From the IMG/VR virus record IMGVR_UViG_3300032562_000003, positions 194,860 through 258,859 of that record: 64,000 bases of DNA; one strand, 5' to 3'. The notes under the pieces are model-generated. The model made no database searches and had not been told where the DNA came from. It saw nothing but the letters and a program-made list of their open reading frames with translations. The translations under genes and the position numbers were made by a program. Below are positions 44,266-54,271 of the stretch, in pieces. The number at the start of each line of letters is the position of its first letter. Positions within the stretch are counted from its first letter, which is position 1.

Positions 44266-44955
44266 ATGGGAAGACCAAAAGGTTCAAAGAACAAGATTCA
44301 ATCAGGTATTGCTTATCCTCGAAAATGCAATCATTGCGATTATGTATCTAATAATCCACAGATGTGGCATTATCACGACAAGACACACCAAATGATACCT
44401 GATGGAACTAGGTGTCAGTTTGGCTGTGGGAATACCGCAAGATTTAGGAATACCAAAGGAACTTATTCCTGCTCTAAAATATCACAACACTGTCCGGGTT
44501 ATTTAGAGAAACATTCCGAAAGAATTAAAGAACACTGGCAAAGACCGGAAGCAGTAGCTAGAAAAGAAGAAACTGCAAGGTCACTACGAAAACGTTTACA
44601 CAATAATGAAAATTATGAAAAGGTGTCTAATACTAGACGCAAAAAGTTTGGAACATACGATCCGGAACGAGCGGTAGATTATCGCCACTACGCCCGGCTT
44701 GTCCGGGCTCGGGCCCAAAAATGGGCTACTGAAAATGGGCATGTTTTGGGAAAACAGACTTATCATGTTGATCATCGGTTTAGTGTATTAGACGCATGGA
44801 AGAACAACTTACCGGAGCATATAGTTAATCACCCTGCCAATCTTCGCATACTTGAAGCAAGGGTAAACTCAAGTAAAGGGTCAAAAAGCGAGTTGACTCT
44901 TGACGAATTATATACTATGATCGAAGAACATGATACACGAAATGATGACACCTAA
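44266..44955 (+). CDS. HNH homing endonuclease with N-terminal zinc-binding motifs
   Basis: CNHC, CQFGC and CS...HC; C-terminal YHVDHRFS...HPANLRILEARVNSSKG. Confidence 0.8.
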   Translation: MGRPKGSKNKIQSGIAYPRKCNHCDYVSNNPQMWHYHDKTHQMIPDGTRCQFGCGNTARFRNTKGTYSCSKISQHCPGYLEKHSERIKEHWQRPEAVARKEETARSLRKRLHNNENYEKVSNTRRKKFGTYDPERAVDYRHYARLVRARAQKWATENGHVLGKQTYHVDHRFSVLDAWKNNLPEHIVNHPANLRILEARVNSSKGSKSELTLDELYTMIEEHDTRNDDT

Positions 44956-45017
44956 GCAAGTGCTTTCTAGGAACAAAATTTTAGAAGTTGACGTTCAAGT
45001 TTCCATAATGGAACAAA

Positions 45018-45365
45018 ATGCGTAATCACATTCGAGAAATGTGTGAAAAGCATTTCAACGAACCAGTACTGGTAGACACTGAGGTTGTGCGGTTGATTGG
45101 ATACGCCGAAGACAAACACGATGCCTATCTGATCATGAAAAAGGCAGACGGATCTGTCTACTGGCACAGTGCAGTAGGTGGATACATATTTCTTGATTGC
45201 CTAAAAAGTCAAGGATATGTCATCTCAACTGAGGGTGAACCGTGGGATGATTTTTACAGGTTGGACTGCCAGTTGGAGTTTAGCAGTTGTCCCAAAGAAA
45301 AAGAATTCTTAATAGACCTGAGACCAGAGCAAGGTTGGGAATGGGAAACTGATGACAGTGAATGA
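45018..45365 (+). CDS. Hypothetical protein
   Basis: 115-aa ORF. Confidence 0.55.
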   Translation: MRNHIREMCEKHFNEPVLVDTEVVRLIGYAEDKHDAYLIMKKADGSVYWHSAVGGYIFLDCLKSQGYVISTEGEPWDDFYRLDCQLEFSSCPKEKEFLIDLRPEQGWEWETDDSE

Positions 45366-45636
45366 AGAAATTCTAGTTATTACAGCAGAAGAATGTGCCG
45401 AGGTAACACAGATAGTAACTAAATCACTTCGATTTGGTTTGGACTCTAACTTTACTGGTCCGACTAATAGACAGCTACTGGCTAATGAGTTAGGTGATCT
45501 ATTGTGCATGGTAGACTTATTGGTATCACGAGGAATTATCTCAGCAGACCAACTAGAGATATCAAAGGCAGCTAAGCTAGAACGTCTAAAAATCTGGTCT
45601 AACATTTTTGCAGGAAAAGGAGATGAAATTAATTAA
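45352..45636 (+). CDS. MazG-like NTP pyrophosphohydrolase
   Basis: ITAEECAEVTQ...LANELGDLL. Confidence 0.78.
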   Translation: MTVNEEILVITAEECAEVTQIVTKSLRFGLDSNFTGPTNRQLLANELGDLLCMVDLLVSRGIISADQLEISKAAKLERLKIWSNIFAGKGDEIN

Positions 45637-45871
45637 CATTAGGTTAGTATTACAGGCCATCTGGGACGGTGTAAAGTGGTTACCTATTACAATTGGTGTT
45701 GTTGCGTTGATATTTAGTGAAATATATGCGTTAAGACATTTTGGATATGTTGCGACCGCCATCATATTTGGACTGATAGTACTGATAACAGTCATTGTAG
45801 TTAGATATGTGCAACTATACGACGAAGACAAAATGGGTAAAGAAAAAATGATGGATGTGTTAAAGCGATGA
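45623..45871 (+). CDS. Small membrane protein
   Basis: Two hydrophobic stretches. Confidence 0.55.
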   Translation: MKLINIRLVLQAIWDGVKWLPITIGVVALIFSEIYALRHFGYVATAIIFGLIVLITVIVVRYVQLYDEDKMGKEKMMDVLKR

Positions 45872-46365
45872 AATTAGAACTCTTAAAAGAAAACGATCCG
45901 CAACTATTAGAAGTTTCCGAATTATGGGATTTTGAAGTTGACGGTGATCCGACCGATCTAGTAAAGGAAATGGTTCGTGTTCTAACTGAAAACGGGGGCG
46001 TCGGTCTTGCCGCTCCGCAGTGCGGAATTAAGAAGCGTATCTTTATCATGGGTAACTTTACTAAGATGGTTGTCTGCATCAATCCAAAGATTGTCGCGTT
46101 ATCAGAGGAACGAGACTTTTCGCTTGAAGGCTGTCTAAGCTTTCCTAATCTTTACCTTAAGGTAAAGAGGCCCGCCGGCGCCATGGTTGAATATCAAACG
46201 ACCACAGGAGAAACCAAACAAGAAGAAATTTCTGGGTTTATGGCCCGTGTTTTCCTTCATGAGTATGATCATCTGATGGGAATAACATTTGATCAGCGTG
46301 TGGGTGATCTTAGTATGAAAATGGCTAAAGAAAAGAGAACCAAAGACGCAAAAAAAGGCCGCTAG
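45868..46365 (+). CDS. def: Peptide deformylase
   Basis: GVGLAAPQCG, EGCLSFP and HEYDHLMG. Confidence 0.95.
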   Translation: MKLELLKENDPQLLEVSELWDFEVDGDPTDLVKEMVRVLTENGGVGLAAPQCGIKKRIFIMGNFTKMVVCINPKIVALSEERDFSLEGCLSFPNLYLKVKRPAGAMVEYQTTTGETKQEEISGFMARVFLHEYDHLMGITFDQRVGDLSMKMAKEKRTKDAKKGR

Positions 46366-46742
46366 GGCAAACGCTTAACCAGTGTGATGCTCTTTCTTTT
46401 AGCCCGCTTTTTAGTAAATTCAGTAATGCTAACTACGGGTCCGTGAAGAACGATCAAACTCTTGTTATTGAATGTTCGAATGTATGGTCTAAAGATAGCC
46501 CATTCTTCTTTGAGAAATATGTTGATGGGGATCGATCTATTCGATTCCCACCACCATATATCACCTAATTCTAAAAACTTAGCTCGCAACTCAGACTGAA
46601 CTATTGCACCATAGTCATAGAGCGTAGTGACCATATCATCCCTGTTTTGAATGATGCCCACATAATCTTGTTGCGCATAGGAACACACCGAAATAAACGG
46701 GTGATTTTCACTTAATTTCTTGAAAAATTCGTTGCTGCTCAT
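46362..46742 (-). CDS. Hypothetical phage protein
   Basis: 126-aa ORF convergent on def; WWWESNRSIPINIFL. Confidence 0.7.
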   Translation of the reverse strand: MSSNEFFKKLSENHPFISVCSYAQQDYVGIIQNRDDMVTTLYDYGAIVQSELRAKFLELGDIWWWESNRSIPINIFLKEEWAIFRPYIRTFNNKSLIVLHGPVVSITEFTKKRAKRKSITLVKRLP

Positions 46743-46830
46743 ACTATACTATATTTACACTATTTTGCCCAAAGATAATATTTTCATATTTCTAAGACTA
46801 AATATATGATGATAGGGATAACAAGTAACC

Positions 46831-47610
46831 ATGGCTTATAGTACTCAAGTATTCGTGTATGTCCAACGCCAGATTGTTGTCCTACTAGTAGGTAACTCAG
46901 CGAGAATATACATGCCCCAGTACGCCAAACCACTAACGCTACACAGAGGTGTGGACAATAAAATCCAATTTCAGTTTCTCAATCAGGAACAAAAGCCCGT
47001 CGACATTACAGGTAAATCAATCACCTGCAGAGTTATCAGCTATGACGGTAATGCTGTATTAATTAACAAAGCCTTAGATTTGGATCTTCCTCTTACTGGA
47101 ATTGCGTCTTTGAATTTAAATGCGGCTGACATCGAGGACATTCCTGCGCAGAAATGTCACTATTCTCTAGAGATTCCTATCGGAGACTTCGGATATCCGG
47201 TCTTCGTGGATCAAAATGCAGGCGCAAGGGGCGATATGAATATTGTCAATTCTGTGCTTCCTGCATTTGTCCCTTCATCCAATGTTACTATTCCGTCTGG
47301 TCAAGCCTTTCCTAATCTAAACAATAATGCTGAATGGTCTGTTCCTGCGAATTCAAGAGCATACTATAGTAGTGTCATAAACACAGAAGACAATCCTATA
47401 CTCACTATACAGGCTAGCTATGACCAATACAATGGTGATGTGACAATTGAAGGATCTACCCAACCTGACGCTGATTGGTATCCTATTCTTAACAATACAT
47501 ACGAGGATGTTACTGATACTTTTGGATACACTATAAAAGGTTTCCATCCGTTTGTTCGTATGGTATTTTCTAGCAACGCCGGCGCGGTCACCAATATTCT
47601 ATCTCGCTAA
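46831..47610 (+). CDS. Hypothetical late (probably baseplate/structural) protein
   Basis: Beta-rich ORF after TAAATA at 46799. Confidence 0.6.
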   Translation: MAYSTQVFVYVQRQIVVLLVGNSARIYMPQYAKPLTLHRGVDNKIQFQFLNQEQKPVDITGKSITCRVISYDGNAVLINKALDLDLPLTGIASLNLNAADIEDIPAQKCHYSLEIPIGDFGYPVFVDQNAGARGDMNIVNSVLPAFVPSSNVTIPSGQAFPNLNNNAEWSVPANSRAYYSSVINTEDNPILTIQASYDQYNGDVTIEGSTQPDADWYPILNNTYEDVTDTFGYTIKGFHPFVRMVFSSNAGAVTNILSR

Positions 47611-47657
47611 GTTACCGTATTACTTGAGTTTTACTCAGTAAGTGTTACAATACCTTT

Positions 47658-48635
47658 ATGTTTAATATTCTGTCAGTAATTCCGGGAAAAAAGAAGACTA
47701 CCGGTAGTGGCTGGATTAGCTTTAATGCACCGTGCTGTCATCATCGCGGTCATAAAGCAGATAAACGTATGCGCGGCGGAATCAAGTTTATAACAGACGT
47801 TAACTGGTCGTTTCATTGCTTTAACTGCGATTACAAGTGCGGATTTACCTTAGGTAAACAAATTAGTAAGAATCTACGACAATTATTGCTTTGGTGCGGT
47901 GTCGGTGACAGTGAGATTACTAAATGGAATTTTGAGAGCCTTCAGCATCGAGATTTAGTAGACCTATATACGATAAAGAAAAATCTCAAGAAAGTAAGAT
48001 TTAATGAGATACCGCTACCACAAAATGCTATAATGATTGATTCTGCCTGTCCTGAGCATAAACCTTTTATAGACTATCTTTCCACAAGAGGATTTCAACC
48101 AAACGATTATCCATTTTTAATCACTCCTAAAGATGAAGGTAGAAATGCTAATAGAATTATCATTCCATATACTTTCAATAATAAAGTTGTCGGTCATATA
48201 AGCAGATATCTAGATGACAGATTTCCCAAATATATTAAGGAGCAACAACCCGGATTCGTATTTGGCTTCGACTTACAAAAACCAGAATGGGAAGTATGTA
48301 TCGTTGTTGAGGGCATATTTGACGCACTCAGTATCAATGGCTGCGCACTAACTCATGATACTATAAGCGACGAACAAGCAGAGGTTCTTCGTCGCCTTAA
48401 TAAACGTATTATTGTAGTTCCTGATTTGGATAAGACAGGGCTAGCTATATGTGACCGAGCGCTAGATTTGGGTTTTCAGGTGAGTATACCAAATTGGGCC
48501 GAAGGAATAAAAGACACCAATGATGCTGTTAGAAAGTATGGAAGACTTCCTACTCTGCTAAGTATATTGCAAAGCGCAACTACTAGCAAAATCAAGCTTA
48601 AGATGCAACGGAGAACGCTTGACAAAAGAATATAA
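47658..48635 (+). CDS. DNA primase (gp61-like)
   Basis: Zinc domain APCC...HCFNC; TOPRIM VVEGIFDA and PDLDKTG; KDTNDA. Confidence 0.88.
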   Translation: MFNILSVIPGKKKTTGSGWISFNAPCCHHRGHKADKRMRGGIKFITDVNWSFHCFNCDYKCGFTLGKQISKNLRQLLLWCGVGDSEITKWNFESLQHRDLVDLYTIKKNLKKVRFNEIPLPQNAIMIDSACPEHKPFIDYLSTRGFQPNDYPFLITPKDEGRNANRIIIPYTFNNKVVGHISRYLDDRFPKYIKEQQPGFVFGFDLQKPEWEVCIVVEGIFDALSINGCALTHDTISDEQAEVLRRLNKRIIVVPDLDKTGLAICDRALDLGFQVSIPNWAEGIKDTNDAVRKYGRLPTLLSILQSATTSKIKLKMQRRTLDKRI

Positions 48636-50028
48636 CATAGACGTACAGACGCTCTTTCTACGTATGATGGTAACCAACGCCGAGTTATATACTCGCGTCA
48701 TAAACATCATGAATCCAAATAATTTTGATAGGACGCTGAGAGCATCCGCAGAATTCTTGGTAGAACACGCTACCAAATATAATGTTATGCCGGATCCTAT
48801 TCAGATCAAGGCTACGACTGGTGTTAGCATAGAACCTATACCAGAGCTTACTGATGGACACTATGATTGGTTTCTAGAAGAATTCGAATCATTCACTAAG
48901 AGACAAGAGCTTGAGCGAGCCATTCTTAAAGCAGCGGATATGCTAGAGAAGGGCGACTTTAATCCAATTGAAAAATTAATAAAAGATGCTATTCAGATTT
49001 CATTGCAACGAGATATGGGTACAGACTACTTTGCTGATCCAAAAGAGCGACTAAACAAATACTTCAATGCAGGTGGTCAAGTAAGCACAGGTTGGCCACA
49101 GCTTGATCGTGTCATGTATGGTGGCATGAGTCGAGGAGAGTTGAACATCTTTGCAGGTGGTTCGGGCTCGGGTAAATCATTGGTGATGATGAATCTGGCT
49201 CTAAACTGGCTACAGCAAGGGTTAAGCGGAGTATACATAACGCTAGAACTATCAGAAGAATTGACTTCGCTACGTACTGATGCCATGTTGACTAGCATGA
49301 GTACAAAAGATATTCGAAAGGATATGGATACTGCTGAGCTAAAAGTCAAGATGGTTGCTAGAAAGTCTGGTAAGTATCGTGTTAAGGGTCTTCCGGCACA
49401 GTCTAACGTAAATGATATTCGAAGCTATCTAAAAGAAGTTCAGATTCAGACTGGCATCAAAGTAGATTTTGTGATGATCGATTATCTCGATCTAGTCATG
49501 CCAGTCTCCGTAAAAGTAAATCCTAATGATCAGTTTATCAAGGACAAGTATGTTTCAGAAGAACTACGTAATCTAGCTAAGGAATTAGGTGTTCTGATGG
49601 TTACGGCATCGCAGTTGAATCGTTCGGCAGTTGAAGAAATTGAGTTCGATCACTCACACATTGCTGGTGGTATTTCAAAGATCAACACAGCAGACTATGT
49701 GTTTGGTATTTTCACTTCCAGGTCAATGCGTGAACGCGGAAAGTATCAAATTCAGTGTATGAAGTCTCGTAGTTCCACTGGAGTGGGTCAAAAGATCGAC
49801 TTAGAATATAACATCGAAACCATGAGAATAACCGACGAAGATCCAGAAAATGATTACAAACCACAACCGTCTGCTAATGACATTATCAGTAAAATAAAAA
49901 CAACTAGCCAAGTTGGCTCAGTAGACGCAGCGGTACATGCAACTGTAGAAGCAGCACCAAAGCACGTAGTTGCAGATGTCAAATCTGCACAATTAAAATC
50001 GTTGTTAAATTCTCTCAAGAAATCATAA
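48619..50028 (+). CDS. Replicative DNA helicase (gp41/DnaB-like)
   Basis: FAGGSGSGKS, ITLELSE, IDYLDL, TASQLNR and KSRSS. Confidence 0.92.
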   Translation: MTKEYNIDVQTLFLRMMVTNAELYTRVINIMNPNNFDRTLRASAEFLVEHATKYNVMPDPIQIKATTGVSIEPIPELTDGHYDWFLEEFESFTKRQELERAILKAADMLEKGDFNPIEKLIKDAIQISLQRDMGTDYFADPKERLNKYFNAGGQVSTGWPQLDRVMYGGMSRGELNIFAGGSGSGKSLVMMNLALNWLQQGLSGVYITLELSEELTSLRTDAMLTSMSTKDIRKDMDTAELKVKMVARKSGKYRVKGLPAQSNVNDIRSYLKEVQIQTGIKVDFVMIDYLDLVMPVSVKVNPNDQFIKDKYVSEELRNLAKELGVLMVTASQLNRSAVEEIEFDHSHIAGGISKINTADYVFGIFTSRSMRERGKYQIQCMKSRSSTGVGQKIDLEYNIETMRITDEDPENDYKPQPSANDIISKIKTTSQVGSVDAAVHATVEAAPKHVVADVKSAQLKSLLNSLKKS

Positions 50029-50053
50029 ATACTGTCAGTAGGATCTTTACCCA

Positions 50054-50302
50054 ATGCAAAAGAAAACAAAAAGCCTTCTTGAGGAATTACAAGCATATGG
50101 TGAAAACCGTGATGTCAATCATATTATTGAGTCTCGGGCTTCCAATATTATTACCAGTGCTATCAATCTAATTGAATTGATGAATCGTAATTATTCTCCT
50201 GAAAAAGCAGAATTTCTTGAAAAGAAATTGCTTAGCGCTATCAAAGGTAAAGATCAAGCAAGATTTTCGAAGTCCATAAGGAGGAATCATGAAGATAAAT
50301 GA
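50054..50302 (+). CDS. Hypothetical protein
   Basis: 82-aa ORF after TAAATA near 50026. Confidence 0.6.
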   Translation: MQKKTKSLLEELQAYGENRDVNHIIESRASNIITSAINLIELMNRNYSPEKAEFLEKKLLSAIKGKDQARFSKSIRRNHEDK

Positions 50303-51626
50303 GTTTAATTCACCTAAGCAAGTAGATGAGGGTCTATTGAGCAACGTATTTGGAGATTACGGAGCATCTACTATTACGAATACACTCGGTAAGTACGCTG
50401 AGCCAATGATGAAACGGGCACAACAGAATTTAACCCAGAAAAACTTCATCAATAGCTTTCTTAAGAGTGCATCAACGGCTTTGGCTAATGTAGCTGCTCC
50501 TGCCACTAGGGTATCAGCAGCACCAGCTGCCCCGACAGGGTCTGCGGGTCCAACAGCAGCATCTTCTGCCCCGACAGGGTCTGCGGGTCCAACAGCAGCA
50601 TCTTCTGCCCCGACTGCTGCAACTGCAACTACACAAAATACAGCATCCACAGACCCTTATGAAAACCTTAAAGGACAAGTACGTAGTATTCAACCTACAC
50701 CAAATGCAAAGCCTCTTCCGGCTAATATGGTTGCAAGCTTGCAAGGAGATATGCAAAAATTAGCTAAGGGTGATAAGGAAAGTGGCGCCTTTGCTGCTAA
50801 TAAGATTTTAAAATTTGCAAATGCTGGATACGATGTCAGTAAGCTAGCACCAGCATGGACAGCAAGCAGCAAGGCAGGTGAAAGGTTCTTGACCCAGAGT
50901 GTATATCGCGCTATAAGTAAAATGCTTAAGGAACACGGACTGGTTTGGGCTAATCTAGGTCTTCGTATTAGGTTGACTGAAAGTGTTAAAGGATCTGGAG
51001 TCTTTATAAGCACTTGCAAGCCAGTTTCCGTCGTAGTCTCACCGTATGATAGATTAAATTACGTACTTGAAAGTATCATATCAGAATATGATCCTACTTT
51101 GGCTAGAACTACCGGCAATGCACCAAAACCAACTGCGCCTAAAGCGGTTAATACTCCTAGATTCGGCACAAAGCCTGCGTCATCGGCCGCCGCACCAAAG
51201 ACGGTAGCGCCACAGGCCGCCGCACCAAAGACGGTAGCGCCACAGGCCGCCGCACCAAAGACGGCGCCACCACAACCCGCTGCCCCTAAAGGAAAACCTT
51301 CTCAGATATTGAATAGCTGGTTTTATAACTATATGCACGGAGTAAACATTAATGATAACCAACAAAAGCTAATCAGTGATTTACTTAGCCAAGTAGATGC
51401 TACGTATAGCAAAGACAAGGGCAATGAAGCACTCCAAAAATTGGCATTATTAGCGTTCAAACTTACAGCCGCAGCTAAACCTGAATTAATAAAAAATACC
51501 CCATCTACATCAGGGTCACTCTCTACTTCTTCGGAACAAATAAAGGCCTCGTTGGACTCACTAAAAAACAAAAACCCAGCTGAATATAAAAAAATTATAG
51601 CAGACATTAATCAAACAGCACAATGA
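50289..51626 (+). CDS. Hypothetical putative head protein with Ala/Pro-rich tandem repeats
   Basis: MKINEF...VDE-G N-terminus and two in-frame repeat tracts. Confidence 0.65.
   Translation: MKINEFNSPKQVDEGLLSNVFGDYGASTITNTLGKYAEPMMKRAQQNLTQKNFINSFLKSASTALANVAAPATRVSAAPAAPTGSAGPTAASSAPTGSAGPTAASSAPTAATATTQNTASTDPYENLKGQVRSIQPTPNAKPLPANMVASLQGDMQKLAKGDKESGAFAANKILKFANAGYDVSKLAPAWTASSKAGERFLTQSVYRAISKMLKEHGLVWANLGLRIRLTESVKGSGVFISTCKPVSVVVSPYDRLNYVLESIISEYDPTLARTTGNAPKPTAPKAVNTPRFGTKPASSAAAPKTVAPQAAAPKTVAPQAAAPKTAPPQPAAPKGKPSQILNSWFYNYMHGVNINDNQQKLISDLLSQVDATYSKDKGNEALQKLALLAFKLTAAAKPELIKNTPSTSGSLSTSSEQIKASLDSLKNKNPAEYKKIIADINQTAQ
50527..50614 (+). repeat. In-frame 39-bp tandem repeat (2 copies + partial)
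   Basis: Unit CTGCCCCGACAGGGTCTGCGGGTCCAACAGCAGCATCTT (APTGSAGPTAASS). Confidence 0.9.
51185..51264 (+). repeat. In-frame 30-bp tandem repeat (2 copies + partial)
   Basis: Unit GGCCGCCGCACCAAAGACGGTAGCGCCACA (AAAPKTVAPQ). Confidence 0.9.
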
Positions 51627-52768
51627 GTGACCTCAGGGCCTTAATAGATAAACTGGAATCCATCAACACCGTAGTTGTTGAAGGCAAAGGTCATTTGGAT
51701 CATCCTGAAGATTTAGTTTTTTTAGGGGATGAGGAAGGTGCAAAACGCGCAATATCTGCAATAGAAGCAACTGTAAATCAACCAAACTCTATAACTATCA
51801 AATGGGACGGGTATCCTGCGCTTATATTCGGTCGAGGATCTGATGGAAAATTCTCCATCATGGATAAGCACATGTTTAATAAAAAGGACGGCACTGGTAG
51901 AGCAGTATACAGTCCTGAACAATTTATGGAATATGATCGGGCCAGAGGAGTAGACAGAGGAAATCTATACCATCTGATTGGTACTATTTGGTCTGGTTTG
52001 GAAAAAGATGATCGCGGTGGAAATGGTTACTACTGGGGTGATCTTTTATTTAGCAGTCCACTTAAGGATGAAAATGGGGTATTCAAGTTTAGAGCCAATC
52101 CTAATGGAATTGCATATACAGTAGATGTAAACAGCGACGTTGGTAAACTACTAGCAGGAAAAGCCGCTGGTATTGCTGTCCACCAGTTTATACCGGCTCA
52201 GTCGGCGTCAACTGATGAGGCTGTTTCATTGAACGGATCATTGGGTAATCTACAAAATGCTTCTAATGTAGCTATAGTACCTAGTAAGATGCCGATTACA
52301 CCTAAATTAAAAATGCCAGCTAGACTCAAGAACGTAGCAGAAAGAGAACTACAGCAGTATGGACCATCAATCAAAGATTTGATGAATACTGCCCCTCAGG
52401 CTAGAAATACATTCAATCAACTTTTTACAGTTTACATCAACAAGAAAATTGTGTCAGGTAGTCTTACTAATTTAATAAAAGACTTTTTAGAGTATGTAAA
52501 AGCTAGACCTATGTCCGACGCCATGAAGCAAAAAATTCTAGAACATCTAGAAGTAAACAAAGAAGGCCTAGTAGGTGCCTTCAAAGTTTGGATATCATTG
52601 TACAATCTTAAAATGAATGTAGTGAAACAATTAGACGCATCAGCTACACATAGTCCCGTAAAGGGATATTTGCAGGATGGATCACAGACACATGAGGGTT
52701 TCGTCGCACAAGGTCTTAAGTTTGTTGATCGTATGGGATTTTCTCGTCAAAATCTTCAAGGCCGATAA
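51623..52768 (+). CDS. DUF6267-like protein with ATP-dependent ligase-type motifs
   Basis: HLDHPEDL, TIKWDGYPA (KxDG), HEGFVA and LKFVDR. Confidence 0.62.
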   Translation: MSDLRALIDKLESINTVVVEGKGHLDHPEDLVFLGDEEGAKRAISAIEATVNQPNSITIKWDGYPALIFGRGSDGKFSIMDKHMFNKKDGTGRAVYSPEQFMEYDRARGVDRGNLYHLIGTIWSGLEKDDRGGNGYYWGDLLFSSPLKDENGVFKFRANPNGIAYTVDVNSDVGKLLAGKAAGIAVHQFIPAQSASTDEAVSLNGSLGNLQNASNVAIVPSKMPITPKLKMPARLKNVAERELQQYGPSIKDLMNTAPQARNTFNQLFTVYINKKIVSGSLTNLIKDFLEYVKARPMSDAMKQKILEHLEVNKEGLVGAFKVWISLYNLKMNVVKQLDASATHSPVKGYLQDGSQTHEGFVAQGLKFVDRMGFSRQNLQGR

Positions 52769-52849
52769 CCCAAAACCGACTTTTTTGTTGCCAGGCATAA
52801 ATATTAATATGGAACAGCAGGTTCCAAATATTAATAAGGATCCATCAAG

Positions 52850-53233
52850 ATGGCACAATTTACAAAGACACATGGTGATTTTCAACCAGTACTACACATT
52901 GACTCACCAGCATATACAACTGGCGCTCTTAACGCTGTAACTTCAGGCGTAGCTGTACAACCACAGGGCCCAAAGCTTGACTACTTCACTTCTACTGCTA
53001 CTGGCCACTTGACTGGCGCCCAAGTTCTAACCATTGTTCAGACTCTTGAGCAACTTGCAACAGTACACATCTATCAGTTCACAACTGGTGGCTCAAACGA
53101 CACCTTCGCTGCTGCTCTTTACCCAGCATCAGCTTGGACTGCTTCTGCAATCGACACTGCTCTAACCGCAGCTGGCGTAACTGGTACAACTACTGCAACC
53201 GGCGCAACTTTCGTTGCTGGTTCAGACCTCTAA
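52850..53233 (+). CDS. Small Ala/Thr-rich late (probably structural) protein
   Basis: TAAATA at 52798, AAGGA RBS, followed by a strong terminator. Confidence 0.65.
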   Translation: MAQFTKTHGDFQPVLHIDSPAYTTGALNAVTSGVAVQPQGPKLDYFTSTATGHLTGAQVLTIVQTLEQLATVHIYQFTTGGSNDTFAAALYPASAWTASAIDTALTAAGVTGTTTATGATFVAGSDL

Positions 53234-53258
53234 TATAAAAAGTTATTATTAACTAACG

Positions 53259-53291
53259 AAGCCCGGAAATAATATTATTTCCGGGCTTTTT
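53259..53291 (+). terminator. Terminator from a perfect 30-bp palindrome
   Basis: AAGCCCGGAAATAAT-ATTATTTCCGGGCTT followed by TTT. Confidence 0.8.
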
Positions 53292-53309
53292 GTTGCTCTA
53301 AATAACACT

Positions 53310-53750
53310 ATGCATAGAATTCGGTGCTATACGTTATTTGACATCACCCAAACTGGAGTGATGAATCGTTCTAGACCGAATGTGGATGACATTGACGGTT
53401 GGCTACGTAAACGTAATACACAATGCAATTTCGATACAGTACTTCAGATTATATCTTTAAGATCGCAGCCTGAGGTAACTAAATTACCTACTAAAATAGA
53501 AATGAGTGAATCTGAATTTGAAAAATTTGGGTTTGCATATGAGATGCAAGATAAATTTAGTTACTGCTGGAGTTTCGAGTTTGAGATTCAACACACTAGC
53601 GTATTTGAAAATGGAATTGTACCGTTGGGATCATTGTACAGCGATTGTGACGGAGTACCGATGATAGTTTGCGGAGAACAGAATGTTCCCACTTCATCCT
53701 TTTTAAATACTACAGTAGAGTTAAAAAATATCTATTTTGAGATAATGTAA
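53310..53750 (+). CDS. Hypothetical protein
   Basis: 146-aa ORF after TAAATA at 53299. Confidence 0.65.
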   Translation: MHRIRCYTLFDITQTGVMNRSRPNVDDIDGWLRKRNTQCNFDTVLQIISLRSQPEVTKLPTKIEMSESEFEKFGFAYEMQDKFSYCWSFEFEIQHTSVFENGIVPLGSLYSDCDGVPMIVCGEQNVPTSSFLNTTVELKNIYFEIM

Positions 53751-53751
53751 T

Positions 53752-54240
53752 ATGAAAAATGTGGTAAAACTAGCTAAATTTTTTGACGAAGAATTGAATT
53801 CTAACCTCAGTGAAGTGTTAGTTACTAAATACCAATTTGGAGAATATGGTCTATTTGGTAAATATTTAGTTAAACTCACACCTGCAGGTTGGTATAAAGT
53901 AGTTGTATTAAAAAATAAAGACGCCCATGAGTTTACTACACTAAGAAATGCTGTTACCTGGTGTACATTGCAGCATGCTGATTTGGGAAAACAAGCAAGA
54001 AGGTTACAACAACTAGATGCAAAACTTAGTAGCTTGCAAGTAGAGATTACTCTACATAAAAATATGAGCAGAACATCAACCAATGTTTACACTAAACAAA
54101 TGTATAGAATGAAGTTACAGGAAGACACCTTTCAGAAAAAACAAGTAGTCAATGAAGTCAATTCTTTCATAAATAGTTCTATGATGATTCAGGCTCGTAA
54201 GTTTGACAAGTCAAAAGAACGTAAATTTACATACCGATGA
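53752..54240 (+). CDS. Hypothetical coiled-coil protein
   Basis: 162-aa ORF coupled to the previous gene. Confidence 0.6.
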   Translation: MKNVVKLAKFFDEELNSNLSEVLVTKYQFGEYGLFGKYLVKLTPAGWYKVVVLKNKDAHEFTTLRNAVTWCTLQHADLGKQARRLQQLDAKLSSLQVEITLHKNMSRTSTNVYTKQMYRMKLQEDTFQKKQVVNEVNSFINSSMMIQARKFDKSKERKFTYR

Positions 54241-54271
54241 TAAATATTACAATCAACAGGAAGATTAACTT

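Noticed and set aside
50527-51264. Tandem repeats as a possible CRISPR array
   Set aside because: Units are 39 and 30 bp, contiguous with no spacers, multiples of three and in frame inside a CDS. No cas genes are present.
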